Part shown: piece by piece, positions 52,801-64,000 of the stretch
How positions within the stretch are numbered: position 1 is the first letter of the stretch
How the letters are laid out: each line of letters begins with the position of its first letter
Assembly (NCBI RefSeq): GCF_051860665.1
Contig: NZ_JBHYDM010000017.1
Span: 11,501-75,500, forward strand
Direction: 5' to 3'
Length of the DNA stretch: 64,000 bases
Origin: Falsiroseomonas sp.
Lineage (GTDB): Bacteria; Pseudomonadota; Alphaproteobacteria; Acetobacterales; Acetobacteraceae
Notes under the pieces: model-generated
Database searches by the model: none
Told to the model about the DNA's origin: nothing
What the model saw: the letters and a program-made list of their open reading frames with translations, nothing else
Position numbers and translations under genes: made by a program

Positions 52801-52811
52801 CATGCGCGCCA

Positions 52812-54140
52812 TCACAGCATCAAGCTCAGCGGCTCCTCGACGATCTTCTTGAAGGTCGCGATCCATTCCGCCGCCAGCGCGCCATCCACCACGCGGTGAT
52901 CGACCGAGAGGGTGCAGGTCATCACCGTGGCAATGGCCAGCGCGCCGTCCTTCACCACCGGCCGCTGCTCCCCGGCCGAGACCGCCAGGATGCCGGCCTG
53001 GGGCGGATTGATGATGGCGGCGAAGTCGCGCACGCCATACATGCCCATGTTGGAGATGGAGAAACCGCCGCCCTGGAACTCCTCCGGCTTCAGTTTTCCA
53101 CTCTTTGCCCGCGCCGCCAGGTCCTTCATCTGGTTGCTGATCGACGCCAGCCCCGCCTGGTCCGCCTTGCGGATGATCGGCGTGATCAGCCCGTCGGGGA
53201 TGCTGACGGCGACGGAAATATCGACGTCGTGGTATTGGAGGATCGCATCCTCGGTCCAGGTCGCATTGACCTGCGGCAGGCGCCGCAGCGTCACCGCCGC
53301 GGCCTTGATCACCAGGTCGTTCACCGAAAGCTTGAAGGCGCCCGGCCCGTCCTTGGGCGAGGTCGCGTTCAGCTGCGAACGCAGCTTCAGCAGCGCATCG
53401 ATCTCGATATCCATCGAGACGTAGAAATGCGGCACCGTCTGCTTGGATTCCGAAAGGCGCCGCGCGATCACCTTGCGCATGCTGCTGTTCGGCACGGCGG
53501 TATGCGGCGCCGTGATGACGGGCGCGGGTGCCTTCGGCGCGGCGGCGGGGGCCGCGGCCGGTGCCGGCGTGGCGGCCTGGGCCGCTGCGGGCTTCGCGGC
53601 CTCCGTCCTGCCTGCCTGCGGCCTGGCCAGCGCGGCCTCCACATCGGTCTTCACGATGCGGCCATTCGGCCCGCTGCCGGTGATGCCGGAAAGCTCCAGC
53701 CCGGCCTGCGCCGCCATGCGACGGGCGAGCGGGGAGGCGATGGTGCGGTCGCCGGAGTCGACAGCCTTGGGCGCTTCCGCCTTCGGGGCCGCCGCCGGCT
53801 GGGTCTTCGGCGTCTCCGGTGCCGGGGCCGGCTTCGCCTCGGCCTTCGGCGCCGCCGGCGCCTTCGCCTCTGGCGCGCCTTGCGGCGCGACGCTCTCGCC
53901 CGGCTCCACCAGCACGGCGATCGGGTCGTTGACCTTCACGCCGGCGGTGCCGCCCTGCACCAGGATCTTGCCGAGGACGCCCTCATCCACGGCTTCCACT
54001 TCCATGGTCGCCTTGTCGGTCTCGATCTCGGCGATGATGTCGCCGGCCTTGACCGTGTCGCCCTCATTCTTCAGCCAGCGCGCCAGCGTGCCCTCGGTCA
54101 TGGTGGGGGACAGCGCCGGCATCAGGATGTTCGTGGCCAT
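52812..54140 (-). CDS. pdhC: Pyruvate dehydrogenase E2
   Basis: Lipoyl ETDKATME, E3-binding ASPLARR, FSISNMG, DHRVVDG. Confidence 0.97.
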   Translation of the reverse strand: MATNILMPALSPTMTEGTLARWLKNEGDTVKAGDIIAEIETDKATMEVEAVDEGVLGKILVQGGTAGVKVNDPIAVLVEPGESVAPQGAPEAKAPAAPKAEAKPAPAPETPKTQPAAAPKAEAPKAVDSGDRTIASPLARRMAAQAGLELSGITGSGPNGRIVKTDVEAALARPQAGRTEAAKPAAAQAATPAPAAAPAAAPKAPAPVITAPHTAVPNSSMRKVIARRLSESKQTVPHFYVSMDIEIDALLKLRSQLNATSPKDGPGAFKLSVNDLVIKAAAVTLRRLPQVNATWTEDAILQYHDVDISVAVSIPDGLITPIIRKADQAGLASISNQMKDLAARAKSGKLKPEEFQGGGFSISNMGMYGVRDFAAIINPPQAGILAVSAGEQRPVVKDGALAIATVMTCTLSVDHRVVDGALAAEWIATFKKIVEEPLSLML

Positions 54141-54152
54141 GTGCTGTCCCCC

Positions 54153-55502
54153 TTACTTGTAGGTCACGCGCTTTGCGGCCTCGACCACCTGTTCCAGCCG
54201 CGGCAGCGCCAGCTTCTCGAGGTTCGCGGCATAGGGCATCGGGATATCGAGGCCATGCACGCGCACCGGCGGCGCATCCAGGTCGTCGAAGCAGTTCTCC
54301 AGGATCTGCATGGCGACTTCCGCGCCGATGCCGGCATAGGGCCAGCCTTCCTCGAGCGTGACCAGCCGGTTCGTCTTCTTCACGGATCGCACGACCGTCT
54401 CGATATCCAGCGGGCGCAGCGTGCGCAGGTTGATCACCTCCGCGCTGATGCCCTGGGCGGCGAGCTCCTCGGCCGCCTGCATCGCCATGCCGACCATGAT
54501 GGAGAAGGCCACCAGGGTCACGTCGGTGCCCTCGCGCTCCACCTTCGCCTTGCCGATCGGCAGGATGAAGTCCTCATCCACCGGGCAGTCGAAGGTCTGG
54601 CCGTAGAGGATCTCGTTCTCCAGGAAGATGATCGGGTTCGGATCGCGGATCGCGGCCCGCAGCAGGCCCTTGGCATCGGCCGCCGACCAGGGCGCCAGCA
54701 CCTTCAGGCCTGGCAGATGCGCGTACCAGCTGGCGTAGCACTGGCTGTGCTGGGCTGCGACGCGGCTGGCCGCGCCGTTCGGGCCGCGGAAGACGATGGG
54801 GCAGCCGAGCTGGCCGCCCGACATGTACAGCGTCTTCGCCGCCGAATTCACGATGTGGTCGATCGCCTGCATCGAGAAGTTGAAGGTCATGAACTCGACG
54901 ATGGGCTTGAGGCCGGTCATCGCCGCGCCGACCGCCATGCCCGTGAAGCCGTGCTCGGTGATGGGCATGTCGATCACGCGCTTCGGGCCGAACTCGTCCA
55001 GCAGGCCCTGGCTGATCTTGTAGGCGCCCTGGTACTGGCCGACCTCCTCGCCGATCAGGAAGACGTCCTTGTCGGCACGCATCTCGGCGGCCATGGCGTC
55101 GCGCAGGGCTTCCCGCACCGTCATCGGCCTGGTCGCGCCCCAGTCCTTCTCGGGCGCCGCGGCGGCCTGGGCCGGCACCGGGGCGGCGGCGGGCTTGGCC
55201 GCCTCCATCTTCTCGACCGGCGCCTTGTCCGGCGCGGGTGCCGAAGCCTTCGGCGCTTCCGCCGCGCCGCCATCCAGCTCCGCGATCGGCGTATTCACGG
55301 ACACGCCCTCGGTGCCTTCCGGCACCAGGATCTTGGTCAGCGTGCCCTCATCCACCGCTTCCACTTCCATGGTCGCCTTGTCGGTCTCGATCTCGGCGAT
55401 CACGTCGCCGGCCTTCACGGCATCGCCTTCCGCCTTCAGCCAGCGGGCGAGCTTGCCCTCCGTCATGGTGGGGCTGAGGGCGGGCATCAGGATCTGCGTC
55501 AT
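54153..55502 (-). CDS. pdhB: Pyruvate dehydrogenase E1 beta with N-terminal lipoyl domain
   Basis: [37 protein letters not shown]. Confidence 0.97.
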   Translation of the reverse strand: MTQILMPALSPTMTEGKLARWLKAEGDAVKAGDVIAEIETDKATMEVEAVDEGTLTKILVPEGTEGVSVNTPIAELDGGAAEAPKASAPAPDKAPVEKMEAAKPAAAPVPAQAAAAPEKDWGATRPMTVREALRDAMAAEMRADKDVFLIGEEVGQYQGAYKISQGLLDEFGPKRVIDMPITEHGFTGMAVGAAMTGLKPIVEFMTFNFSMQAIDHIVNSAAKTLYMSGGQLGCPIVFRGPNGAASRVAAQHSQCYASWYAHLPGLKVLAPWSAADAKGLLRAAIRDPNPIIFLENEILYGQTFDCPVDEDFILPIGKAKVEREGTDVTLVAFSIMVGMAMQAAEELAAQGISAEVINLRTLRPLDIETVVRSVKKTNRLVTLEEGWPYAGIGAEVAMQILENCFDDLDAPPVRVHGLDIPMPYAANLEKLALPRLEQVVEAAKRVTYK

Positions 55503-55503
55503 C

Positions 55504-56547
55504 TCAGCGGGACTCCACCAGGACGTCCGTCCACAATTCGCTCTCGTCGGGCTCGGGCGAGGTCTGCGCGAATTCGGCGCTGTCCTGCACGATGGCCTTC
55601 ACCTCGTCGTCGATCACCTTCAGCGCGGCCTCGCTGGTGTCGAAGACCTCCAGCAGCATCTTGCGCGCGGTCTCGATGCAGTCGTTCTGCTCCCGCATCT
55701 TCTGCACCTCCTCCCGCGTCCGGTACTTGGCCGGGTCGGACATGGAGTGGCCGCGGTAGCGATAGGTCTTCATCTCCAGCAGATAGGGGCCGTTGCCGGC
55801 GCGGCAGTGGGCGATGGCGCGCTCGCCCGCCTCCTTCACCGCGACCACGTCCATGCCGTTCACCTGCTCGCCGGGGATGCCCCAGGGCGCGCCGTTCTTC
55901 GACAGGTCGCGCGACGCGCTGGCACGCTCCACGCTGGTGCCCATGCCGTATTTGTTGTTCTCGATGATGAAGACGCAGGGCAGCTTGAACAGCGCGGCCA
56001 GGTTCATGCTCTCATAGACCTGCCCCTGGTTCGAGGCGCCCTCGCCGAAATAGGCCAGCGCCACCGCGCCGTCGTTGCGGTACCAGTTGGCGAAGGCGAG
56101 GCCGGCGCCGAGCGCGACCTGGGCGCCGACGATGCCGTGGCCGCCGTAGAAGCCCTTCTCGCGGGAGAACATGTGCATGCTCCCGCCCTTGCCCTTGGAA
56201 TAGCCGCCGATCCGGCCGGTCAGCTCCGCCATCACGCCGCGGGCCTCCATGCCGGTGGCCAGCATATGACCGTGGTCGCGGTAGGAGGTGATGACCTGGT
56301 CGCCTGGCTTCAGGCCGAGCTGCATGCCGACCACCACGGCCTCCTGGCCGATATAGAGGTGGCAGAAGCCGCCGATCAGACCCATGCCATACAGCTGGCC
56401 GGCCTTTTCCTCGAAGCGGCGGATCAGCAGCATGTCGCGATAGGCGCGGGTCAGCTCTTCCTTGCTGATCGAAGGCTGGTTGGCCCCCGGGTTGCCCCCT
56501 CGGGAGGCCCCCTTTCCGCGGGTTGCGCGGGCGGCGGTCTCGGCCAT
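55504..56547 (-). CDS. pdhA: Pyruvate dehydrogenase E1 alpha
   Basis: [46 protein letters not shown]. Confidence 0.97.
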   Translation of the reverse strand: MAETAARATRGKGASRGGNPGANQPSISKEELTRAYRDMLLIRRFEEKAGQLYGMGLIGGFCHLYIGQEAVVVGMQLGLKPGDQVITSYRDHGHMLATGMEARGVMAELTGRIGGYSKGKGGSMHMFSREKGFYGGHGIVGAQVALGAGLAFANWYRNDGAVALAYFGEGASNQGQVYESMNLAALFKLPCVFIIENNKYGMGTSVERASASRDLSKNGAPWGIPGEQVNGMDVVAVKEAGERAIAHCRAGNGPYLLEMKTYRYRGHSMSDPAKYRTREEVQKMREQNDCIETARKMLLEVFDTSEAALKVIDDEVKAIVQDSAEFAQTSPEPDESELWTDVLVESR

Positions 56548-56578
56548 GCGGTATCCTCCTCAGGGCGTCCTTCCTCCG

Positions 56579-56607
56579 CATCTACGCGCGGCTTCCGCGT
56601 GGTGCAA
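56579..56607 (-). promoter_or_regulatory. Putative sigma70-type promoter of pdhABC
   Basis: TTGCAC-N17-TAGATG upstream of SD GAGGAGG. Confidence 0.5.
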
Positions 56608-56634
56608 GCATGTCCGCATTCGAAAATCTGCTTA

Positions 56635-56646
56635 TTGTGCAACGCA
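56635..56646 (-). promoter_or_regulatory. PhaR(AniA)-like operator
   Basis: Minus-strand TGCGTTGCACAA fits the recalled Bradyrhizobium PhaR consensus TGCRNYGCASMA at all positions; inside a TTATTG-N7-CAATAA palindrome. Confidence 0.5.
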
Positions 56647-56655
56647 ATAAGACGA

Positions 56656-56674
56656 TTAACCGCAATGCGGTTAA
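56656..56674. promoter_or_regulatory. Perfect 19-bp palindrome, candidate operator
   Basis: TTAACCGCA-A-TGCGGTTAA between divergent pdhA and MFS genes. Confidence 0.5.
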
Positions 56675-56787
56675 GCATGATTTGCCCCCTCTTCAGGCCG
56701 TATTTCGTCATTGCGGCGCAACCGCCGGATGGCGGCTGATTCGTGCAAGGCGCACCCCTTCGGCCGCAAGATTCTGGAACCGCGCCG

Positions 56788-57981
56788 ATGCCACACCCGA
56801 GCCGAACAACCCTGCCCCTGGCCTTCGCCGCGCTGCATGGCGCGGACCAGCTGGCGCTCGCCGCCCTGCCGCTGATCGCGGCCCTGCACCTGGGCGCCGG
56901 CCCGGCGCTGACCGGCGCGCTGGTCGCCGCCCAGGGCGCCGCCTGGCTGCTGGTGGCGCTGCCCGCGGGCGTGCTGGCAGACCGGATGGACCGCCGCCGC
57001 CTGCTGGCCGGCGGCGGGCTGGCGGCCGCGGCCGGATTCGCCCTGGCGGTCGTGGCGGCGGGCCAGCCGGTCCTGCTGGGCCTGGCGGCCTTCCTGGGCG
57101 CCGCCGGGGTGGTGGCGGCGGCGCTCGCCGCCTTCGCGCTGCTGCCGGCCCTGGTGCCGCGCCCGGCGCTGCCGGCGGCCAATGCTCGGCTGGAGCTGGG
57201 CCGGGCGCTTGCCACCCTGGCCGCGGCGCCACTCGCGGGCCTGCTCGCCGCGCGCGGGCTGCCGCAGGCGGGGCTGGCCCTGGCCGCGCTGGCGGCGCTG
57301 GCGGCGGCGGGGCTGGCCTGGCGTCTGCCGCCCTTGCCCGCGACCCAGCCCGCGACCCGCCCGGGCCTCAGCGCCGCGGTGGCGGAGGGGGCGCGCTTCG
57401 TCCGCCGGCAGCCGCTGCTGCGCGCCATTGCGCTCGCGGCCATCGCCTGGAATGCCGGCTTCTTCGCGCTGATGGCGGTGGCGGTGCCACTCGCGCTGGG
57501 GCCGCTGGGGCTGGAGGCCGGCACCACTGGCCTGGCGCTGGGCTGCTACGGCGCCGGGCTGGTGGCGGGCGCAGTGCTGGCCCCCGCGGCGGCGCGCGCC
57601 CTGCCGCTCGGCCAGGTGCTGCTGAGCGGGCCGGGCCTTTCGGTGCTGGGGGTGGCGGCGCTGCTGCTGGCGCCCAGCGCCGCGACGCTGGCGGGCTGCA
57701 TGGCGCTGCTCGGCTTCGGACCGATGCTGTGGCAGGTGGCGCAGACCAGCCTGCGGCAGGCGGTCACGCCGCCCGGGCTTCTGGGCCGGGTCGGCGCGGT
57801 GATGCAGGTGGCGGTCTTCGGCGTGCGGCCGCTGGGCGCGCTGGCCGGCGGCGCGGTGGCCGCCTGGCTCGGTGCGCCGGCGGCGGTATGGCTGGCGGCG
57901 CTGGGTTTTGGGCTGTCGCTGCTGGCGGTCGCAACCAGCCGCCTGGCGCCGCTGCGCGCGCTGCCGGAGGCAGTGGCCTAG
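56788..57981 (+). CDS. MFS transporter
   Basis: ~12 hydrophobic segments; GVLADRMDRRRLL motif A, LRQAVTPPGLLGRV. Confidence 0.9.
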   Translation: MPHPSRTTLPLAFAALHGADQLALAALPLIAALHLGAGPALTGALVAAQGAAWLLVALPAGVLADRMDRRRLLAGGGLAAAAGFALAVVAAGQPVLLGLAAFLGAAGVVAAALAAFALLPALVPRPALPAANARLELGRALATLAAAPLAGLLAARGLPQAGLALAALAALAAAGLAWRLPPLPATQPATRPGLSAAVAEGARFVRRQPLLRAIALAAIAWNAGFFALMAVAVPLALGPLGLEAGTTGLALGCYGAGLVAGAVLAPAAARALPLGQVLLSGPGLSVLGVAALLLAPSAATLAGCMALLGFGPMLWQVAQTSLRQAVTPPGLLGRVGAVMQVAVFGVRPLGALAGGAVAAWLGAPAAVWLAALGFGLSLLAVATSRLAPLRALPEAVA

Positions 57982-58012
57982 GCTGATGGCAGGCCCTGGC
58001 CGTTCGTCGCGG

Positions 58013-58054
58013 CCCCCTCACCCAACCCTCTCCCCCTGTCAGGGGAGAGGGCTT
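58013..58054. repeat. Single REP-like unit
   Basis: CCCCCTCACCCAACCCTCTCCCCCTGTCAGGGGAGAGGGCTT between convergent MFS and ftsB. Confidence 0.8.
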
Positions 58055-58064
58055 GAGGCTCCCG

Positions 58065-58418
58065 TCAGAACAGGCGGCGGTCGGGCTCGTAGGGGACGAC
58101 GATCTCGTTCTTGTCGACCAGGTTCAGCAGCTGCCGCGCCCGCTCATCCAGCTGGTCGCGATCCAGACGGTCGCCGCGCAGGCCGGCGACGCGGCGCTCC
58201 ACCGCCTCCAGCTCGCTGCGCACGCGGCCGAGCTCGGCCCGCGCCTCCTGCAGCCTTTCCTGGCGCTGGTCGCGCGCGATCAGGCCGCGCTCGCCATGCA
58301 CCGCATGCCAGACGAAATAGCCACTCGTTCCCAGGAACAGCACCGGCAGCACGGCCGCGCGCAGACGGCGCGACAGCCAAGCCCCGAATCCCCCCCGCCG
58401 CTGTGGCGGCAGATACAT
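58065..58418 (-). CDS. ftsB: Septum formation initiator FtsB/DivIC (start uncertain)
   Basis: TM YFVWHAVHGERGL, coiled coil, DRDQLDERAR; eno-ftsB-pdh synteny. Confidence 0.9.
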   Translation of the reverse strand: MYLPPQRRGGFGAWLSRRLRAAVLPVLFLGTSGYFVWHAVHGERGLIARDQRQERLQEARAELGRVRSELEAVERRVAGLRGDRLDRDQLDERARQLLNLVDKNEIVVPYEPDRRLF

Positions 58419-58562
58419 GTCAGACACCCGCGCAGGCCCCCCCGCTGATGGCCGCATCAAGAAGGGCGTGACCCCGCCTGTCCAGCGGAATCACGCCCTC
58501 TCAATGCGTTAACCACCGTACCGTGTGTTTCATGCCACGATACGGCGCCAAGCCGTGGTAGC

Positions 58563-60129
<1,567 letters not shown>

Positions 60130-60245
60130 CTCGAAAACCCGAAGCGCGATTCTGGAAGGTCGGGCGGATGGGATGGCGGGAATGGGCGGGCCTCCGCGCG
60201 GAGGGCGTCAGGATAGGGCCCGCCGCGGCGCGCGGGGAAGCGCAA

Positions 60246-60551
60246 TCAGCGCGGCGTGCGCGTGTCCCAGACGGCCGAAAAGCCGCGCTTCAGCGGCATG
60301 CCCTGGCGATCGCAGGGCTCAACCCGGCCACAGGGCACGGCCACCGCCCGGGTCAGCACCGCATCCTTGGCGCGGCTATAGCCGGCCAGCTTGAGGTCCA
60401 AGGCGCCACAGGCATGCACCTTTGTCACCAGGCCCCAGTCGCCGGCCCCCACGGTATTCAGGGCGCCGCCCTCGCTGCGGACCAGGCGCACGAGGTCTCC
60501 GGGCTCGAAGAGGTAGGTCTCGCTGCCGTCTGTGCCGTTCAGGGTGCGCAT
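60246..60551 (-). CDS. Hypothetical protein (101 aa, SH3/KOW-like beta pattern)
   Basis: FEPGDLVRLV...GDWGLVTKV; co-oriented with pyrG-eno; no family recognised. Confidence 0.6.
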   Translation of the reverse strand: MRTLNGTDGSETYLFEPGDLVRLVRSEGGALNTVGAGDWGLVTKVHACGALDLKLAGYSRAKDAVLTRAVAVPCGRVEPCDRQGMPLKRGFSAVWDTRTPR

Positions 60552-60609
60552 GACGGCAGTGCAACAGAATTTGCTGAGCGAAAGGTTGATGCCCCGCCCG
60601 CAGGCCAGC

Positions 60610-60774
60610 TCAGCCCTTGCTGCGCCCGCCGCCCAGCAGCAGCGTCGCGCCCAGCCCGATGGCGAGCGACAGCGGCACGGCCAGCGAGCCGAAGAGCGCC
60701 CCCACGACCACCGTCACCACCAGGGTCACGGCCATGCCGATGCCGAAGCGCTTCAGCCTTGCCTTCTCATCCAT
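60610..60774 (-). CDS. 54-aa two-TM small protein
   Basis: MDEKARLKRFGIGMAVTLVVTVVVGALFGSLAVPLSLAIGLGATLLLGGGRSKG; ATG 3 nt after pyrG stop; below ORF-track cutoff. Confidence 0.7.
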   Translation of the reverse strand: MDEKARLKRFGIGMAVTLVVTVVVGALFGSLAVPLSLAIGLGATLLLGGGRSKG

Positions 60775-60777
60775 GGC

Positions 60778-62421
<1,644 letters not shown>

Positions 62422-62431
62422 TCATAGCGAA

Positions 62432-62459
62432 GCCGGACGGGCATGTGAACCCGTCCGGC
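62432..62459 (-). terminator. 10-bp perfect hairpin between secG and pyrG
   Basis: GCCGGACGGG-N8-CCCGTCCGGC followed by TTCGCTAT (weak U-tract) just before the pyrG SD. Confidence 0.35.
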
Positions 62460-62515
62460 GTGTGGAACCGGTTTTGGCAGGCATGACCCCCGCGCAGGCC
62501 GCGGGGGGCGTTACA

Positions 62516-62848
62516 TCAGTTGTTCGGCACCGTCGGCGCGGCGGGTGCCACCGGCACGGCCGGGGCGGTGGCGGCCGGCACGCCGCCGGCCGGCGCATCC
62601 AGGATCGAGCCGCGCGGCGCCTGGCCCTTGCCGAGCATGGCCAGCACCAGGGCCAGCGCCATGAAGGCAGTGCCGAGCACGGCGGTGGTGCGGGTCAGCA
62701 GATTGGCCGTGCCGCGGCCGGTCATGAACCCGCCCATGCCCTGGGAGGTGCCGATGCCCAGGCCGCCACCCTCGCTGCGCTGCACGAGGATGACCCCGAT
62801 CAGCGCCAGGGTGACGAGGAGGAAGATGACAAGGAGGATGGTGGTCAT
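62516..62848 (-). CDS. secG: Preprotein translocase SecG
   Basis: LVQRSEGGGLG, RGTANLLTRTT. Confidence 0.95.
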   Translation of the reverse strand: MTTILLVIFLLVTLALIGVILVQRSEGGGLGIGTSQGMGGFMTGRGTANLLTRTTAVLGTAFMALALVLAMLGKGQAPRGSILDAPAGGVPAATAPAVPVAPAAPTVPNN

Positions 62849-62892
62849 GGCGCGCGCCTTCTAGCGGGTCTGCTGGCGGAAGGCCAGCGCGG

Positions 62893-63636
62893 CTAGGCCG
62901 CCGCCGCCGCGATCGCCAGGAAATCGGCGGCGACCAGGCTCGCCCCGCCGACCAGCCCGCCATCGACATTCGGCAAGGCGAGGATCGCCCTGGCATTGCC
63001 GGGCTTCATGGAGCCGCCATAGAGGATGCGCATCCCCTGCCCCGCCGCACCGAAGCGCGCCACCAGGCTTTCCCGGATGGTCGCATGGATGGCGGCGATA
63101 TCGGCCTCGGTCGGCGTGCGGCCGGTGCCGATGGCCCAGACCGGCTCATAGGCGATGATGCCGCCGAAGCCGTCCGGCAGCGATTCGGCCAACTGGGCAC
63201 GGACGACGGAGTCGGCCTCCCCGGCCAGGCGCTGCGCCTCCGTCTCGCCCACACAGACCACCGGCACCAGCCCGGCACCCAGCGCCGCCGCCACCTTGGC
63301 CCGCACCACCGCATCGCTCTCGCCATGATCGGCGCGGCGCTCGGAATGGCCAAGGATGACATGGGTGGCACCGGCATCGCGCAGCATGGCAGCCGAGATA
63401 TCGCCGGTATGCGCGCCCTTGGCCGCCGCATGGCAATCCTGCGCGCCCAGCGCCACGGCGCCGCCGCCCAGTGCGGCCGCCACGGCCGGGATATGCAGGA
63501 CGGGCGGGCAGACCAGCAGATCGGCCGGAAGGCCCCCGGCGCCGGCCCGCACCCCCTCCGCCAGGGAAGCGGCCTCCCGCAGCGTGCCGTGCATCTTCCA
63601 ATTGCCTGCGATCAGCGGTCGGATGCCTGGGGTCAC
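62893..63636 (-). CDS. tpiA: Triosephosphate isomerase
   Basis: [40 protein letters not shown]. Confidence 0.98.
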   Translation of the reverse strand: MTPGIRPLIAGNWKMHGTLREAASLAEGVRAGAGGLPADLLVCPPVLHIPAVAAALGGGAVALGAQDCHAAAKGAHTGDISAAMLRDAGATHVILGHSERRADHGESDAVVRAKVAAALGAGLVPVVCVGETEAQRLAGEADSVVRAQLAESLPDGFGGIIAYEPVWAIGTGRTPTEADIAAIHATIRESLVARFGAAGQGMRILYGGSMKPGNARAILALPNVDGGLVGGASLVAADFLAIAAAAA

Positions 63637-63719
63637 CTGCGTCTCCTCTCGGGTTGGGCTGCGGGTAGCAATGCCGCGCCGGGCTGGCAACCGCGCGCGT
63701 TTCCGGCTACCGGGGCCGT

Positions 63720-64000
63720 ATGATCACCTGGTTCCGCGCCCTCACCCAGACCTGGTTCGCCAAGGTCCTGTTCCTGCTGCTGGTGCTGTCCTTTGCCATC
63801 TGGGGCATCGAGGACACCGTGCGCAATTTCGGCCGGGAAACCGCCGTGGTCAGCATGGAAGGCGGGGATATCGAGGTGCCGGAGGCGCAGATGGCCGCGC
63901 GGCGCGAATTGCAGCGCGTGCAGGCCCAGCTGGGGTCCGGCTTCGAGGCGGAGGAGCCGCTGCGCCGGGCGATCGCCATGCAGGCGGTGGAACAGCTGAT
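63720..64000 (+). CDS. ppiD: PpiD/SurA N-terminal-domain chaperone (runs off window edge)
   Basis: [30 protein letters not shown]; divergent from tpiA as is typical. Confidence 0.8.
   Translation, partial: MITWFRALTQTWFAKVLFLLLVLSFAIWGIEDTVRNFGRETAVVSMEGGDIEVPEAQMAARRELQRVQAQLGSGFEAEEPLRRAIAMQAVEQL

Noticed and set aside
54153-55502. Lipoyl domain fused to PDH E1 beta
   Set aside because: Known normal architecture in alphaproteobacteria.
52392-55967. 1191-aa plus-strand ORF
   Set aside because: Antisense shadow of pdhABC.
56656-56674. TTAA...TTAA read as a CtrA box
   Set aside because: Spacer is 11 bp, not 7; kept only as an unknown palindrome.

Overview
High-GC alphaproteobacterial chromosome segment. 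Gene content and SmpB/pdh/rpoZ-spoT synteny suggest Acetobacteraceae (Roseomonas-like); this is inference. Most of the window is conserved housekeeping blocks: rpiB-glyA-nrdR-ribD, metY-hemB, rpoZ-spoT-acpS-lepB-rnc-era-recO-parC, dapA-smpB, slt-pgpA-cinA, tpiA-secG-pyrG-eno-ftsB-pdhABC-lpdA-lipA-ratA. Accessory genes sit between them. The standout is a tandem array of four small secreted paralogs (10786-12607). Each looks like a stand-alone, 4-Cys version of domain 4 (the membrane/sterol-binding beta-sandwich) of cholesterol-dependent cytolysins, with no pore-forming domain in the window. Also seen: a GntR-linked catabolic cluster (amidohydrolase with HxxE changed to HxxQ, polar amino-acid ABC, enolase-family enzyme, LLM monooxygenase), a REP-like palindromic repeat family with G-quadruplex potential, two small membrane ORFs below the ORF-track cutoff (one with an EcfG-like promoter), a frameshifted lipoprotein, a PhaR-like box and a perfect 19-bp palindrome upstream of pdhA, and several apparently leaderless genes. 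No rRNA, tRNA, CRISPR array, transposase or integrase was recognised. All protein calls are by motif recognition; no database search was run.
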